Below, piece by piece: positions 16,727-27,398 of a stretch of 64,000 bases of DNA (positions within the stretch are counted from its first letter, which is position 1; each line of letters begins with the position of its first letter). The stretch spans positions 32,186 to 96,185 of the forward strand of contig CBEUCJ010000003.1 in NCBI GenBank assembly GCA_965541615.1, in the 5' to 3' direction. Under the pieces are notes generated by a model. That model saw only the letters and a list, made by a program, of their open reading frames with translations. It was not told where the DNA came from and did not search any database. The stretch is from an uncultured bacterium (GTDB taxonomy: Bacteria; Omnitrophota; Gorgyraeia; Duberdicusellales; CBEUCJ01). A program made the translations under genes and the position numbers.

Positions 16727-19137
16727 CTTTTCCTCCTTTTCTTTAAAATATCTTTTATTTCTTGGGCTTTCTCTAAAGCTATTTTTTTATAATCATTGCC
16801 TAACATCTCAATTTTATTATAAATATTTAAAGCATTTTTTAAATCGTTTTTCATTTTGTAGATTTCAGCTATATTAAGATATGCTTTAAATACTGCTTCT
16901 TTTTCTTGAGGCCATAAATATACGACTTTAAAATAATTTTTTAAAGCTTGGTCTAAATCTTTTTTTTCTAAATAACAATCTGCCAAAGATAAGTAAATTT
17001 TAAAATCTTGCTCTTTAGTTAAGTAAATCTTATAAAACTGAATAGCTTTATCTAAGTAACCTGCCTCTTTTAAAGTATCTGCTATTCTTTGGATAATTAA
17101 AGGATCTTTCTTTGTTTCTTTTAAAAGCTGCTCAGCTAACTCACTGAGTTTTTTTTCATCTTGAAGAAGAGCGTATATTTCTAATAGACCTAACTCTGCT
17201 TGGATTCTTTTTTGTAAATCTCCTTTAATCTCTAAGACTTTATTAAAAAACTCTCTGCTCTCTTTAAGATTGCCTCTTTCCAATTCCAAGTAACCAATGT
17301 TAAGTAAAGCTTGGAGCCTGTATTCTTTTGTAGGAAGATTTAAAATCTCTTTATAATATTTTTTACTTAAATTAAATTTCTCTTCTTTGAAGTAATAATC
17401 TCCTAACCATAAAAGAATTCTGGCTTTCTGAATATTAGGAAGCTCATCTTTTATCTTTTTAAAATAATCTACAGCTTTTAGAACCTCTCCTCTCAAAAAT
17501 TTACACAATCCTTTATTAAAGTATGCTTCTTGGACCAATTCTTCTTCAATGGAAAATTCCTTTATTATCTTGTCTAAAATCTCTTCACATCTTTTGTAAT
17601 CTTTCTCTTGAAAATAGATTTGGCTTAAAAGATACAGAACTTCTAATCTAAGTGGAGTCTTAGGGTATTTTTCTATGAATTTTTTGATAAGATCTTTTGC
17701 TTTTGAAAAATCTGAAACTAAATAATAACAAAGAGCCTGATTATAAATAGCTTCATCTGAAAAAATAGAATTTGGAAATCTTTCTTCTAAAATCTTAAAA
17801 GCTAATATTGCTTTATTAAACTCTTTCATTTTTAAAAATACATTTCCTATCTGAAACTGGATATAGTCTGAATAGATATTATTAGGATAGGTCTTTAAAA
17901 TATTATCATAAATTTCTAAAGCTTTATCGAAATCTCCTACTTGTTGATAGGCATCTGCAATCTGACAATCAGCACTTATCTTTATAATAGGATCTGAAGA
18001 ATATAAACCTACTTTTTTAAACTCCTGAATAGCTCTCTTAAAATTTGAAATTTTTAAATACATCCATCCTAATCTATAATGAGCTTCTTGAGTAATATCT
18101 TTTAAATCTTGAAATTCATTTATAATCTTTTCAAATATCATAATAGCATCTTTGTACCTACCCAAAGCCTCCAGATTCTGAGCTTTTCCTAAAAAAGCAG
18201 AAGCCAAAATTCTTTTATCTTTGGCTTTTTTTATAAGCTCTTCATAAAATTTTAGAGATTCATTGTATCTTTTTTGATTAAAATAAAGTTCTGCTCTTTT
18301 AAGTATCTTTAACTCTGGATCAAAAATCTTTTCAATTAAATTTTGGGCTTCTTTAAATCGTGATTCTTTACAAAAGATATCTATCAATCTACTCAAACTC
18401 AGATCTTTAATATCCTGGTTCTCAGTAATCTTAATTACATCTAAAAATAATCTTTCTGCTTTCTTATAGTCTTTATCATAACAGAAAGAGAGCTCAGCTT
18501 TATAAAACATAAAATAATCCTTAAAGACTTTATCTGAAAGTCTTTTTTCATATTCTTTGAGTATCTTTTTCAACTTTGGGAAATCTTTTTTTTCATATAG
18601 AATAGAAAATATTTTTATATATATAGTTTCAACAAGCTCTTTGTCTTTTGAGAGCTGCAAAGCTTTTCTATAAAATTTAAGAGCATCTTCAAAACTCTTA
18701 TATAGAGCTTTTATCTCTCCCAAAGAATAATAGCTTAAAGCATCAAAATCTGTTTGGAATTTAGAATTAATAGCTTTTAAAAAATAATTCTGAGCTTCTG
18801 TAAAGTTCTTCCCTTCAAAGTTTATCCTTCCAAGAAGATAATATACTTCATCCAATAAAGGGTTTGATAAACTCTCTTTTATCATATTTTCCAAAAATTC
18901 TTTAGCTGAAAAATAATCTTTGAGTTTTATTAAGCATTTTGCCTTGTAGATTTTAGCTTTTAAGATTAGTTCTGAATCAGGGTATTTAGAAATGAAATCT
19001 TCAAAATATCTTAAAGAGACTTTATAGAAACCATCCTCAAAAGCTTTTTGAGCAACATAAAAGTCTTGCATTTCATCTCCAAAAGTTTGAACTAATGTTA
19101 TCATTAAAAATAAAAATAAAAAAAATATCTTTCTCAT
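16723..19137 (-). CDS. Secreted TPR-repeat protein (804 aa)
   Basis: Signal peptide. More than 15 TPR-like units (repeated ...A..YY..G..Y...K.Y..A...F). Confidence 0.75.
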   Translation of the reverse strand: MRKIFFLFLFLMITLVQTFGDEMQDFYVAQKAFEDGFYKVSLRYFEDFISKYPDSELILKAKIYKAKCLIKLKDYFSAKEFLENMIKESLSNPLLDEVYYLLGRINFEGKNFTEAQNYFLKAINSKFQTDFDALSYYSLGEIKALYKSFEDALKFYRKALQLSKDKELVETIYIKIFSILYEKKDFPKLKKILKEYEKRLSDKVFKDYFMFYKAELSFCYDKDYKKAERLFLDVIKITENQDIKDLSLSRLIDIFCKESRFKEAQNLIEKIFDPELKILKRAELYFNQKRYNESLKFYEELIKKAKDKRILASAFLGKAQNLEALGRYKDAIMIFEKIINEFQDLKDITQEAHYRLGWMYLKISNFKRAIQEFKKVGLYSSDPIIKISADCQIADAYQQVGDFDKALEIYDNILKTYPNNIYSDYIQFQIGNVFLKMKEFNKAILAFKILEERFPNSIFSDEAIYNQALCYYLVSDFSKAKDLIKKFIEKYPKTPLRLEVLYLLSQIYFQEKDYKRCEEILDKIIKEFSIEEELVQEAYFNKGLCKFLRGEVLKAVDYFKKIKDELPNIQKARILLWLGDYYFKEEKFNLSKKYYKEILNLPTKEYRLQALLNIGYLELERGNLKESREFFNKVLEIKGDLQKRIQAELGLLEIYALLQDEKKLSELAEQLLKETKKDPLIIQRIADTLKEAGYLDKAIQFYKIYLTKEQDFKIYLSLADCYLEKKDLDQALKNYFKVVYLWPQEKEAVFKAYLNIAEIYKMKNDLKNALNIYNKIEMLGNDYKKIALEKAQEIKDILKKRRKR

Positions 19138-21941
19138 AAGCTTACTTTTTCTTCAGATAACTTTTCTTTTAAGAATCTGCCTGTATAAGAAGAAGGCACT
19201 TTTATAATCTCTTCTGGAGAACCTGTTGCTACCAAATAACCTCCTTCATCTCCTCCTTCAGGACCTAAATCTATTATGTAATCTGCACATTTTACAACAT
19301 CTAAATTATGTTCAATGACAATAACTGTATTTCCTTTATCTACAAGTTTTTGTAAAACATTTATAAGTTTTTCAACATCTGCAAAATGTAAACCTGTGGT
19401 AGGTTCATCTAATATATACAAAGTTTTGCCTGTAGCTTTCTTCCTCAATTGAGAAGCTAACTTTAACCTTTGAGCTTCACCTCCTGATAAGGTGGTAGCT
19501 GGCTGTCCTAACTGTATGTAACCTAAACCTACATCTATTAAAGTCTTTAATATGTTTCTTATCTGAGGAATATTTTCAAATAATTCATAGGCTTCTGATA
19601 CACTCATTTCTAAAACATCAGCTATTGAATATCCTTTATATTTTACTTTTAATGTAGCTTCATTAAATCTTTTTCCTTTGCACTCTTGACATACTACATA
19701 CACATCAGGCAAAAAATGCATCTCAATTTTTTTAACTCCTTCTCCCTGACAAGCTTCACACCTTCCTCCTCTTACATTAAAACTAAATCTTGAAGGTTTA
19801 AAACCTCTGATTCTGGCTTCAGGTAACTTAGAAAATAACTCTCTTATGTAAGTGAATACTCCAGAGTAAGTAGCTGGATTTGAGCGAGGAGTCCTTCCAA
19901 TAGGTGATTGATCTACTAAAAGAACTTTATCTATTAAATTTGCATTTTTTAAACTTTTAAATTTACCTGGTTTTTCTTTAGAATTGTATAATTTTTTAGC
20001 CAAAGCCCTGTAAAGAGTCTCAGTTATTAATGAAGATTTACCAGACCCTGAAACTCCTGTCACGCATATAAAGACTCCCAATGGAAATTTTACAGTTATG
20101 TTCTTTAAATTATTGTGTTGACATCCTTCCAAAATTAAACAGGGTTTATTTTTGTAATCTCTTCTTTTTAGAGGAGTCTTTATTTTTAATTCTCCTTTTA
20201 AATACTTAGCTGTAAGAGTATTTGATTTCATAAATTCATCTTTTGTGCCTGCAAATACTACATACCCTCCTTCTTTTCCAGCTCCAGGTCCTAAATCTAC
20301 TATAAAATCTGCATTTCTGATTGTATCTTCATCGTGTTCGACTACTATAACAGTATTGGGCATGTCTCTTAGTTTTTTTAGAGTATTTAAGAGTTTTATA
20401 TTATCTCTTTTGTGTAGACCGATTGTGGGTTCATCTAAGATATAAATCACATTCACTAAACCTGAACCTAATTGAGTAGCTAATCTTATACGTTGAGCTT
20501 CTCCTCCAGAAAGAGTCTGAGATTTTCTATCTAAAGTAATATAATCTAAACCTACCTCCTCACAAAATTTTAATCTTTTTATTATCTCTTTTATTATGTC
20601 TTTAGCGATTTCATGCTTTTCTCCTTCTAATTTTAAATTATTAAAAAATTCTAAGGCTTCAGATACACTCATCTTTATAATATCTGCAATATTTTTTCCT
20701 TCTATATATACAGACAAACTTTCTTTTCTCAATCTTTGACCTTTACATTCTGGGCAAGGTAAATCTGACATAAATTTAGTTAATTCTTGTTTTAAATAAT
20801 CAGAATCTGTCTCATTAAATATTCTTTCTAAATGAGGAATTAATCCTTCAAAAGGTTTACCCCATATCCAGACATCACATCCATATAAGATTGCTTGCTG
20901 AATTTTTTTGGGGAGCTTTTTAAAAGGAGTATATAAACTGAACCCTAATTCTCTTGATAACTCTCTTAAAAGAGCTCTGTAATACATTATGTAACCTCTT
21001 CCACCTCTTCTCCAAGGTTCAATAGCTCCTTCAGCTATAGATTTAGATTTATCTGGAATACATAAATCTGGGTCGAATTCACATTTTGTGCCCAAACCCT
21101 TACATACAGGACAAGCTCCATACGGAGAATTAAAAGAAAAACTCCTGGGTTCTAATTCTGGGAAACTAAAATCACATACAGGGCATCCTAACTTTTGACT
21201 AAAAATATGCTCTTTAAATTCAGAATCTGTTTGTTCTAAGACTAAAACTAAACCTGAAGCTAATTTTAAAGCTGTCTCTACAGAATCTGTTAATCTGGAT
21301 TTTATATCTTTCCTTAATATTAATCTATCTACAACTACCTCTATATTGTGTGTCTTATATTTTTCTAACTTTATTTTGGCAGGAAGTTCATAAAAAATGC
21401 CATCTACTCTTACTCTTAAAAAACCTTCTTTTTGAATCTTTTTAAATAAAGTTTGGTATTCACCTTTTCTTCCTCTAACCAAAGGAGCCAAAATATAAAT
21501 CTTTTTATTTTCACCTAAATCCATTATCCTTTTTACTATTTGATCTGTAGTCTGAGCAGTAATAGGAATATTGCAGTTTGGACAAAAAGGTGTGCCAACT
21601 CTTGCAAAAAGGACTCTTAAATAATCATAAATTTCGGTTTGAGTAGCTACAATCGATCTGGGATTCCCTCCTGAAGTTCTTTGTTCAATGGAGATTGTAG
21701 GAGATAACCCTTGAATAAAATCTACATCTGGTTTTTGAAGTTGCTCTAAAAACTGACGAGCATAACTAGATAAACTCTCAACGTATCTACGTTGTCCTTC
21801 AGCATAGATAGTATCAAAAGCCAATGAAGATTTTCCTGAACCTGATAAACCTGTTATTACTATAAGTTTGTTTCTGGGAATCTTTAAATCTATATTCTTT
21901 AGATTATGGACTCTTGCTCCTTTTATAAGAATATCTCCCAT
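19134..21941 (-). CDS. uvrA: Excinuclease ABC subunit A
   Basis: 935 aa. Two ABC modules ([10 protein letters not shown] / [10 protein letters not shown]; LSGGEAQR x2). Zn-finger cysteines. Confidence 0.95.
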   Translation of the reverse strand: MGDILIKGARVHNLKNIDLKIPRNKLIVITGLSGSGKSSLAFDTIYAEGQRRYVESLSSYARQFLEQLQKPDVDFIQGLSPTISIEQRTSGGNPRSIVATQTEIYDYLRVLFARVGTPFCPNCNIPITAQTTDQIVKRIMDLGENKKIYILAPLVRGRKGEYQTLFKKIQKEGFLRVRVDGIFYELPAKIKLEKYKTHNIEVVVDRLILRKDIKSRLTDSVETALKLASGLVLVLEQTDSEFKEHIFSQKLGCPVCDFSFPELEPRSFSFNSPYGACPVCKGLGTKCEFDPDLCIPDKSKSIAEGAIEPWRRGGRGYIMYYRALLRELSRELGFSLYTPFKKLPKKIQQAILYGCDVWIWGKPFEGLIPHLERIFNETDSDYLKQELTKFMSDLPCPECKGQRLRKESLSVYIEGKNIADIIKMSVSEALEFFNNLKLEGEKHEIAKDIIKEIIKRLKFCEEVGLDYITLDRKSQTLSGGEAQRIRLATQLGSGLVNVIYILDEPTIGLHKRDNIKLLNTLKKLRDMPNTVIVVEHDEDTIRNADFIVDLGPGAGKEGGYVVFAGTKDEFMKSNTLTAKYLKGELKIKTPLKRRDYKNKPCLILEGCQHNNLKNITVKFPLGVFICVTGVSGSGKSSLITETLYRALAKKLYNSKEKPGKFKSLKNANLIDKVLLVDQSPIGRTPRSNPATYSGVFTYIRELFSKLPEARIRGFKPSRFSFNVRGGRCEACQGEGVKKIEMHFLPDVYVVCQECKGKRFNEATLKVKYKGYSIADVLEMSVSEAYELFENIPQIRNILKTLIDVGLGYIQLGQPATTLSGGEAQRLKLASQLRKKATGKTLYILDEPTTGLHFADVEKLINVLQKLVDKGNTVIVIEHNLDVVKCADYIIDLGPEGGDEGGYLVATGSPEEIIKVPSSYTGRFLKEKLSEEKVSL

Positions 21942-21978
21942 AGCTTCCTTATTTTAGCATAAAAATTTTGAATTAAAA

Positions 21979-23502
21979 TTAATCAGCAAGCATTAATACG
22001 GTATAATCTTTTGATAATTCAAGAGGTAACTCTACTTTTCTATAGGTTCTTAAGAAAGGTAAATAAAAATCTTGATAACTCTTCTTAAGCCAAATAATCT
22101 TAGGGTGATAAATCTCTAAAAATCTTTGGATATTTTCTTCGTTTAACACTTTTCCTTCAGGTAAAGATACTAAACTGCATTTTAAAGGAAAGGCATATTG
22201 ATATTCTAAAGTAGCTATCTTATCTTTTGGTTGAACACAAAAATTTAAGTATTCAACCATCTTTTTTCTATGAATAATTTCCTGTCTGATTTTTTTAGCA
22301 TTTTTTAAATAAAATAAATTTGTTTTTAAGATTTCTGGTCCATTGATCAAAAACAGAATTAAAAAAGTAAAATTTAGAAAGAACTTTTTGTGGTTCTCCT
22401 CTAACAAAAGAACTTTTTCAAAAAGAAAAATGCTTGAAATAATAAAGGTAATATAAGGAATTAGAATATATCTATAAATCTCTAACCGAGGTTCCCACCA
22501 CACTGAAATAGAATAAAAAATAAAGTTAATTACACCTATTAAAAACACCAACGAAATCAAGAGATTTTGAGAGTCTCTATTTTTCGATTTTATTTGTGCA
22601 TAGATACCCAAGGGTAATATCCACAGAAAGAAACCTAAATATCTATTAAAAAACCTCATAAATTCTCTCACTTTCAAAAGAGTTGTCTGTATTAGAAGAT
22701 AACTAACCCCCCAAATTGAAAATTTAACGCTTGGACGCAAAATTGGAGTCTGATAAAAATACTCTCCCCCAAATAATCTTGCTTGACCAAAGTATTTAGC
22801 AGCTAATAAATATTCTGGAAAAAATTTATGGCATTTTATAAAACACAGAACTTCATAAGGAAAAAGAATTAAAAACGTTCCTGCACAAAACCAAATAATA
22901 TTTTTAAACCGTTCTTTAGAAAAGAGTTGAAAGAAAATTAAATATCCAAATATATTATAAACATTAGCTACCCTAACTAATGTGACTATGCCCATTATTA
23001 TCCCTATAATAAAAACTTTTTTGAAAGAAAATTTCTTGAATATATAAAAAGAAAGCAATAAAAAAAATAAATGAAGCTGTTCTGTCCATGGAAAAAGAGA
23101 AGTAACAAACATAGTATAATTAAAACTTATAAGCGCACATATAATTAACCGAATTTTTTCAGAAAGAAAATCAAAGATATAATAAATTAAAAGAATATTA
23201 AGATAAGTTATAAACATATTAAAAATCGAAACTGCTTTTATAGTGTTAAAGAGTTTGTATAAAAAACCTGCAATAATGCAAAATATAGGATGCATAAAAC
23301 TGAAAGCTGGATAAGAAGAATCTTTCCAAAATTGATAAAAATTATAGGTAGTTATAAACCCTTTACCCTCAAATAAATTTCTTCCAATATCTAAGTAAAG
23401 GCACGCATCCGGAGAAAGAAATTCTCCTACGAAAATAGGAATTATTCTTACTGAAACTACCAAAAAGAAGATAAAAAAAATCTCTTTAACTTTTTTCTTC
23501 AT
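21979..23502 (-). CDS. ArnT/PMT-like (GT83/GT39) polytopic membrane glycosyltransferase
   Basis: More than 10 TM segments. First periplasmic loop SPDACLYLDIGRNLFEGKG resembles the DE/D-x-Y-x-x-x-A-R motif of polyprenyl-phosphate-sugar-dependent transferases. Confidence 0.5.
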   Translation of the reverse strand: MKKKVKEIFFIFFLVVSVRIIPIFVGEFLSPDACLYLDIGRNLFEGKGFITTYNFYQFWKDSSYPAFSFMHPIFCIIAGFLYKLFNTIKAVSIFNMFITYLNILLIYYIFDFLSEKIRLIICALISFNYTMFVTSLFPWTEQLHLFFLLLSFYIFKKFSFKKVFIIGIIMGIVTLVRVANVYNIFGYLIFFQLFSKERFKNIIWFCAGTFLILFPYEVLCFIKCHKFFPEYLLAAKYFGQARLFGGEYFYQTPILRPSVKFSIWGVSYLLIQTTLLKVREFMRFFNRYLGFFLWILPLGIYAQIKSKNRDSQNLLISLVFLIGVINFIFYSISVWWEPRLEIYRYILIPYITFIISSIFLFEKVLLLEENHKKFFLNFTFLILFLINGPEILKTNLFYLKNAKKIRQEIIHRKKMVEYLNFCVQPKDKIATLEYQYAFPLKCSLVSLPEGKVLNEENIQRFLEIYHPKIIWLKKSYQDFYLPFLRTYRKVELPLELSKDYTVLMLAD

Positions 23503-24682
23503 TCATCAAAATTTTAAAAGCTGTTTCAATTACCTCTTTAGGTTTTATATTTTTTAAACAAGGAATTTCTCCTCTACAGAATAAAGCAGGCTCGGTTCTG
23601 TACATATAAATACAAGGACTACAATCATAATCTAAATAGAATATTTTATGCAAAGGGTCTTTGACTCCATATAATTGAGGTGTTCCCGGACCCCAAATAG
23701 ATATAGAAGGGACTTTTTGCATATAAGCTAAGTGGAAAGGTCCAGAATCATTTGTAATTACCAATTTAGATAAGCTTATAAGTAAAACCAATTCTCTAAT
23801 GTTAAGCTGACCTGCGAGCACCAAAATTTTTTCTTTTGCTTTTGTAGATAGTCCTTTTACTATCTCTTCAACATACAAAGATTCAGCTTTTGTTCCTATA
23901 AAAACTATTCTTATTTTTTCCATTTTAACTAAATTTTCTATCAATTCTACAAAATATTCTTTAGGCCATCTCCTACAACCAGCCAATTCTCCTGCATTAG
24001 GATTTATAACTACCAGGATCTCTTTTTCTTCAACTCCCTTTTCTTTTAATTTTTCCATAAATTTCAATCTTTCTGATAAAGAAAATTCTATCTTTTCTAA
24101 TTCTAAAAGAGTAGTTTTTACATCTATCCCCAGAACTCTACATATCATCTTATAAGATCTCGTAATGTGTTTGGTAGGATTAAAATAAACTGGAAAGTTT
24201 ATAATAGAATTTCTCCACCAAAAAGGAAGATAAAATCCTATTCGCATTTTAGCTCCACTCAAAAAACACATTAAGGTAGAGAATTTAGAAAAAAACTCTA
24301 AATCAATACAGATATCTACACCTTTTACACCGAATTTCATAAGTTGAGAAAAAACGTCTTTTATAAATCTAAATATATTTTTTACAGAAATAGTCCTTAT
24401 TTCATCGCAAATTTTAAGTAGTTCTAAAATCTCTCTACGAGATTCAAAAGTTAAAAAAATAATTTTGCTCTCTGGAAAATGTTCTTTTATCCTTTTCAAA
24501 AAAGGAGAAAACAATACTATACTTCCTATACCAAACCATTTTAAGATTAAAATCTGTTTAGGCTTTTGAGAAACTTTCTCCTTAAATTTAAAAAATTGAG
24601 TTAATTTACACCACACCCCACACATACTACAAAGAGGCAAACCTAACCAGTGATCCAATTCTCTCATTAATTTTATCTTCAT
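23486..24682 (-). CDS. Glycosyltransferase family 9 (heptosyltransferase-like)
   Basis: VITNDSGPFHLAYMQKVPSISIWGPGTP matches the GT9 signature (TxDxGxxHLA). Confidence 0.6.
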   Translation of the reverse strand: MKIKLMRELDHWLGLPLCSMCGVWCKLTQFFKFKEKVSQKPKQILILKWFGIGSIVLFSPFLKRIKEHFPESKIIFLTFESRREILELLKICDEIRTISVKNIFRFIKDVFSQLMKFGVKGVDICIDLEFFSKFSTLMCFLSGAKMRIGFYLPFWWRNSIINFPVYFNPTKHITRSYKMICRVLGIDVKTTLLELEKIEFSLSERLKFMEKLKEKGVEEKEILVVINPNAGELAGCRRWPKEYFVELIENLVKMEKIRIVFIGTKAESLYVEEIVKGLSTKAKEKILVLAGQLNIRELVLLISLSKLVITNDSGPFHLAYMQKVPSISIWGPGTPQLYGVKDPLHKIFYLDYDCSPCIYMYRTEPALFCRGEIPCLKNIKPKEVIETAFKILMNEEKS

Positions 24683-24685
24683 AGC

Positions 24686-25756
24686 TTAAAAATACTTTAA
24701 AAGATGTTTTCTAAAATAATAAGGTTCTTCAATAATTTTGCCCTCAATGGGCTTTAGCTCTTTTAAACCAAAATACTGAGCATATTTCTTTTCTACTCCA
24801 TCACATAGGTAGTAATATTTGCACTTCTTACACTCTTTAGATTTAGTATATCCATACCTTCTAATGGCTTCTATAATACATTCATTTATTAATCTTCTTT
24901 TATTTAAAGAAACTAATCTTTTAAAATCGAGATTTATCATTCCATAAATTATCATTGGAATCCATATCAAAGGAGGATAGTGTTTTTCTAATCTCACCCT
25001 TACATAAGGATCCCATTCAAAAGGATCAAACATTACTTGAAGATGTCCACATATATAATTTTCATAATCTTTGAAAAAACAAAAGGGAACATATCTTATA
25101 TTTATATTCTCTAAGTATCCTCTAAGATAATCACATGCTTCTTTTAAATAGGGAGCAAGCTCTGAATAAGAAAGCACATATTTAGAAAAACTCTTTTTTG
25201 CATGCTTCCAATCATTGACGCTTATAAAGTTGAATTGCTCAGGAGAAAATTGTGTTCCAATTTTAGCTATGGTAAGTGCTTTTTTGTAATTCAGTTTATG
25301 GATTACAGAATTTATTCTTATTTTTATTCCTAATTTTACAGCATTCTCTAAAGCCTTCATCAATCTTGAGAAAGCATTTTTTACCCCTACTATGAAATCA
25401 TGAGAGTGTTCATCATAGCCTTGAAGAGAAAAAAGAGTCTCATTTAACCCTGCATCTTTCAATCTTTTATAATATTCCAAATTTGCTAAAGCTATACCGT
25501 TAGTTATTATACAAATGCTTTTTGCTCCTTTCTTCTTAGCAAAATAAATCAAATCAGGTAAATTTTTATGAAGAGTAGGCTCTCCTCCTGAGAAATCTAT
25601 ATTTTCTATTCCATTTTTCAAAGCAAAAAGAATATCTCTTTTTATTCTCTCTTGAGGAAAATTCGGTTGAGATAAAAATTCTTTATAATAACAAAATTTA
25701 CATAAAGCATTACATTTAAAACCTGTCATGATTTTTACTCTTTTTGTAATCTTCAT
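24686..25756 (-). CDS. Radical SAM protein with C-terminal SPASM/twitch-like Cys cluster
   Basis: CNALCKFCYY (CxxxCxxC). GGEPTL. C-terminal ECKKCKYYYLCDG (Cx2Cx5C). Confidence 0.7.
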   Translation of the reverse strand: MKITKRVKIMTGFKCNALCKFCYYKEFLSQPNFPQERIKRDILFALKNGIENIDFSGGEPTLHKNLPDLIYFAKKKGAKSICIITNGIALANLEYYKRLKDAGLNETLFSLQGYDEHSHDFIVGVKNAFSRLMKALENAVKLGIKIRINSVIHKLNYKKALTIAKIGTQFSPEQFNFISVNDWKHAKKSFSKYVLSYSELAPYLKEACDYLRGYLENINIRYVPFCFFKDYENYICGHLQVMFDPFEWDPYVRVRLEKHYPPLIWIPMIIYGMINLDFKRLVSLNKRRLINECIIEAIRRYGYTKSKECKKCKYYYLCDGVEKKYAQYFGLKELKPIEGKIIEEPYYFRKHLLKYF

Positions 25757-26598
25757 TTTCTAAACCATTCTTTAATAAAACCTTTTAAAGAATACCAAGA
25801 CCATAAAAATTTAAGATAAAAAATTTTTTTCAAGTATCCTTTAAAAAGAAATGTAAAATTGACCCAAAATATACCTTTAAAAGTCAAAAACAAAAAGAAT
25901 ACAACTAAGTGAGGATACTTAAATAAATATTTTTTTGTAAATACACATAGGCCTCTACCATTTCTTATACATTTTTCTTTAAATTCTTGTAAATTTTCTT
26001 CGTGGGAATGAAAGACGATAGCTTTCTTATTATACACATGCTTAAACCCTTTAAGCCTTGCTCTTACTCCTAAATCATTATCTTCCCAACTCGCTAATTT
26101 AAAGCGTGTATCGAATAAACCAACTTTCTTAAATACTTCTCTTTTATAAGCAATATTGCAGGTAGCAAATCTTTTCTGCGGAACATAAACAGACTTCTCC
26201 AGAAGATAAGGAAGAGAGTTTGTGTCTCTTATTAAAGAAAGAATCTTTCCACTCACTATATCTGCAGATTCTGTTTCAAAAGAGTTTATAATCTGAAACA
26301 ACCATTCTGTCGAAGGGACAGCATCATCATCTAAAAAACAAATTATTTGACCTCTACTTTTTTTGATACCCAAATTCCTTGCTTGAGCAGGTCCTTGATG
26401 GGGCTGAGAAAAGATATAAATTTCTAAATTATTTGAGGATTCTTTAATCTTCTCTAACTCCTCAAACCTTTCTAAAGTATCCTTTACTATTATAAGTTCT
26501 ACTTTAGTTTTTATTTTTTTGGTTTGAAAATCTAACTTCTCTACAATTTGAGGCAACAAAGATCTTGGTTTGTAAGTGGGGATAATAATAGAAACCAT
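25753..26598 (-). CDS. GT2 polyprenyl-phosphate sugar synthase-like glycosyltransferase (ArnC/DPM1-like)
   Basis: MVSIIIPTYKP. DDD/DxD region (FLDDDAV). C-terminal hydrophobic anchor VVFFLFLTFKGIFWVNFTFLF. Confidence 0.65.
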   Translation of the reverse strand: MVSIIIPTYKPRSLLPQIVEKLDFQTKKIKTKVELIIVKDTLERFEELEKIKESSNNLEIYIFSQPHQGPAQARNLGIKKSRGQIICFLDDDAVPSTEWLFQIINSFETESADIVSGKILSLIRDTNSLPYLLEKSVYVPQKRFATCNIAYKREVFKKVGLFDTRFKLASWEDNDLGVRARLKGFKHVYNKKAIVFHSHEENLQEFKEKCIRNGRGLCVFTKKYLFKYPHLVVFFLFLTFKGIFWVNFTFLFKGYLKKIFYLKFLWSWYSLKGFIKEWFRK

Positions 26599-26603
26599 TT
26601 AAT

Positions 26604-27398
26604 TTATAAATATTCCTTTATAGCATTCAGAGTAGTAGTCAAACAAGAAAACAAAGCTAAAGCACTAGTCTTAGGGTTGTATTTTGAAGGTAGATTTTGA
26701 GAAATACTTTCAAATCTTCCAATATCTGAGTCTATTAAGATATGGTGGATATTTTTATCTATAAAAGGTGAACATATAACTTTTACTCTTATCTTTTCAA
26801 ATTCTCCTGAAACTATCCCTAAAGTAGCTGCTACATTTATATTTTGAGGAAATTTTTTAATGCTTTCGATCAAACTCCCTTCAAAAAGCAGGGTCTCTTC
26901 TTTTAAAGAATAAACATCTATATTTTTTTCTTTTAAGAAAGGGGCGCCTTCTAAACTCTTTGGAGATTTATAAGTTCTCAATTCTATAGAGTTAACTTTG
27001 GAATACTTTAAAGCTTTAAAAATATCTAAACCAAAGATCGCTCCTTCAGGGATATAAATTTTGATCTGTTTTTGTAAAGTCTTAAATAGTTCATAATTAA
27101 GAATCAAACCTCCAACGCTCATAATAACTACATTCTTTTTATACTCTTTGCAAAATTTTAAGACTTCTTCTACAACATTTACATTAGCACATTCTATAAT
27201 TAATTGTGAAGATTTGATTAAATCTTCTAAATTCGCAGTCAAATCTGAATCTTTATCCCATATTTTTTTAAGATTTTGTGCTTTCTCAAAATTAATATCA
27301 TAAAAATAAACCTTATTAACAATATCTTTATCTAAATTTTCTATTAAGAACCTACCGATATTCCCGCATCCAATGATTCCTAACTTAATTTTTCTCAT
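26604..27398 (-). CDS. nadX: L-aspartate dehydrogenase
   Basis: IGCGNIGRFL Rossmann. PEGAIFGLD, FPQNINVAATLGI, KNIHHIL and NPKTSALALFS closely mirror the Thermotoga NadX motifs as I recall them. Confidence 0.7.
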   Translation of the reverse strand: MRKIKLGIIGCGNIGRFLIENLDKDIVNKVYFYDINFEKAQNLKKIWDKDSDLTANLEDLIKSSQLIIECANVNVVEEVLKFCKEYKKNVVIMSVGGLILNYELFKTLQKQIKIYIPEGAIFGLDIFKALKYSKVNSIELRTYKSPKSLEGAPFLKEKNIDVYSLKEETLLFEGSLIESIKKFPQNINVAATLGIVSGEFEKIRVKVICSPFIDKNIHHILIDSDIGRFESISQNLPSKYNPKTSALALFSCLTTTLNAIKEYL

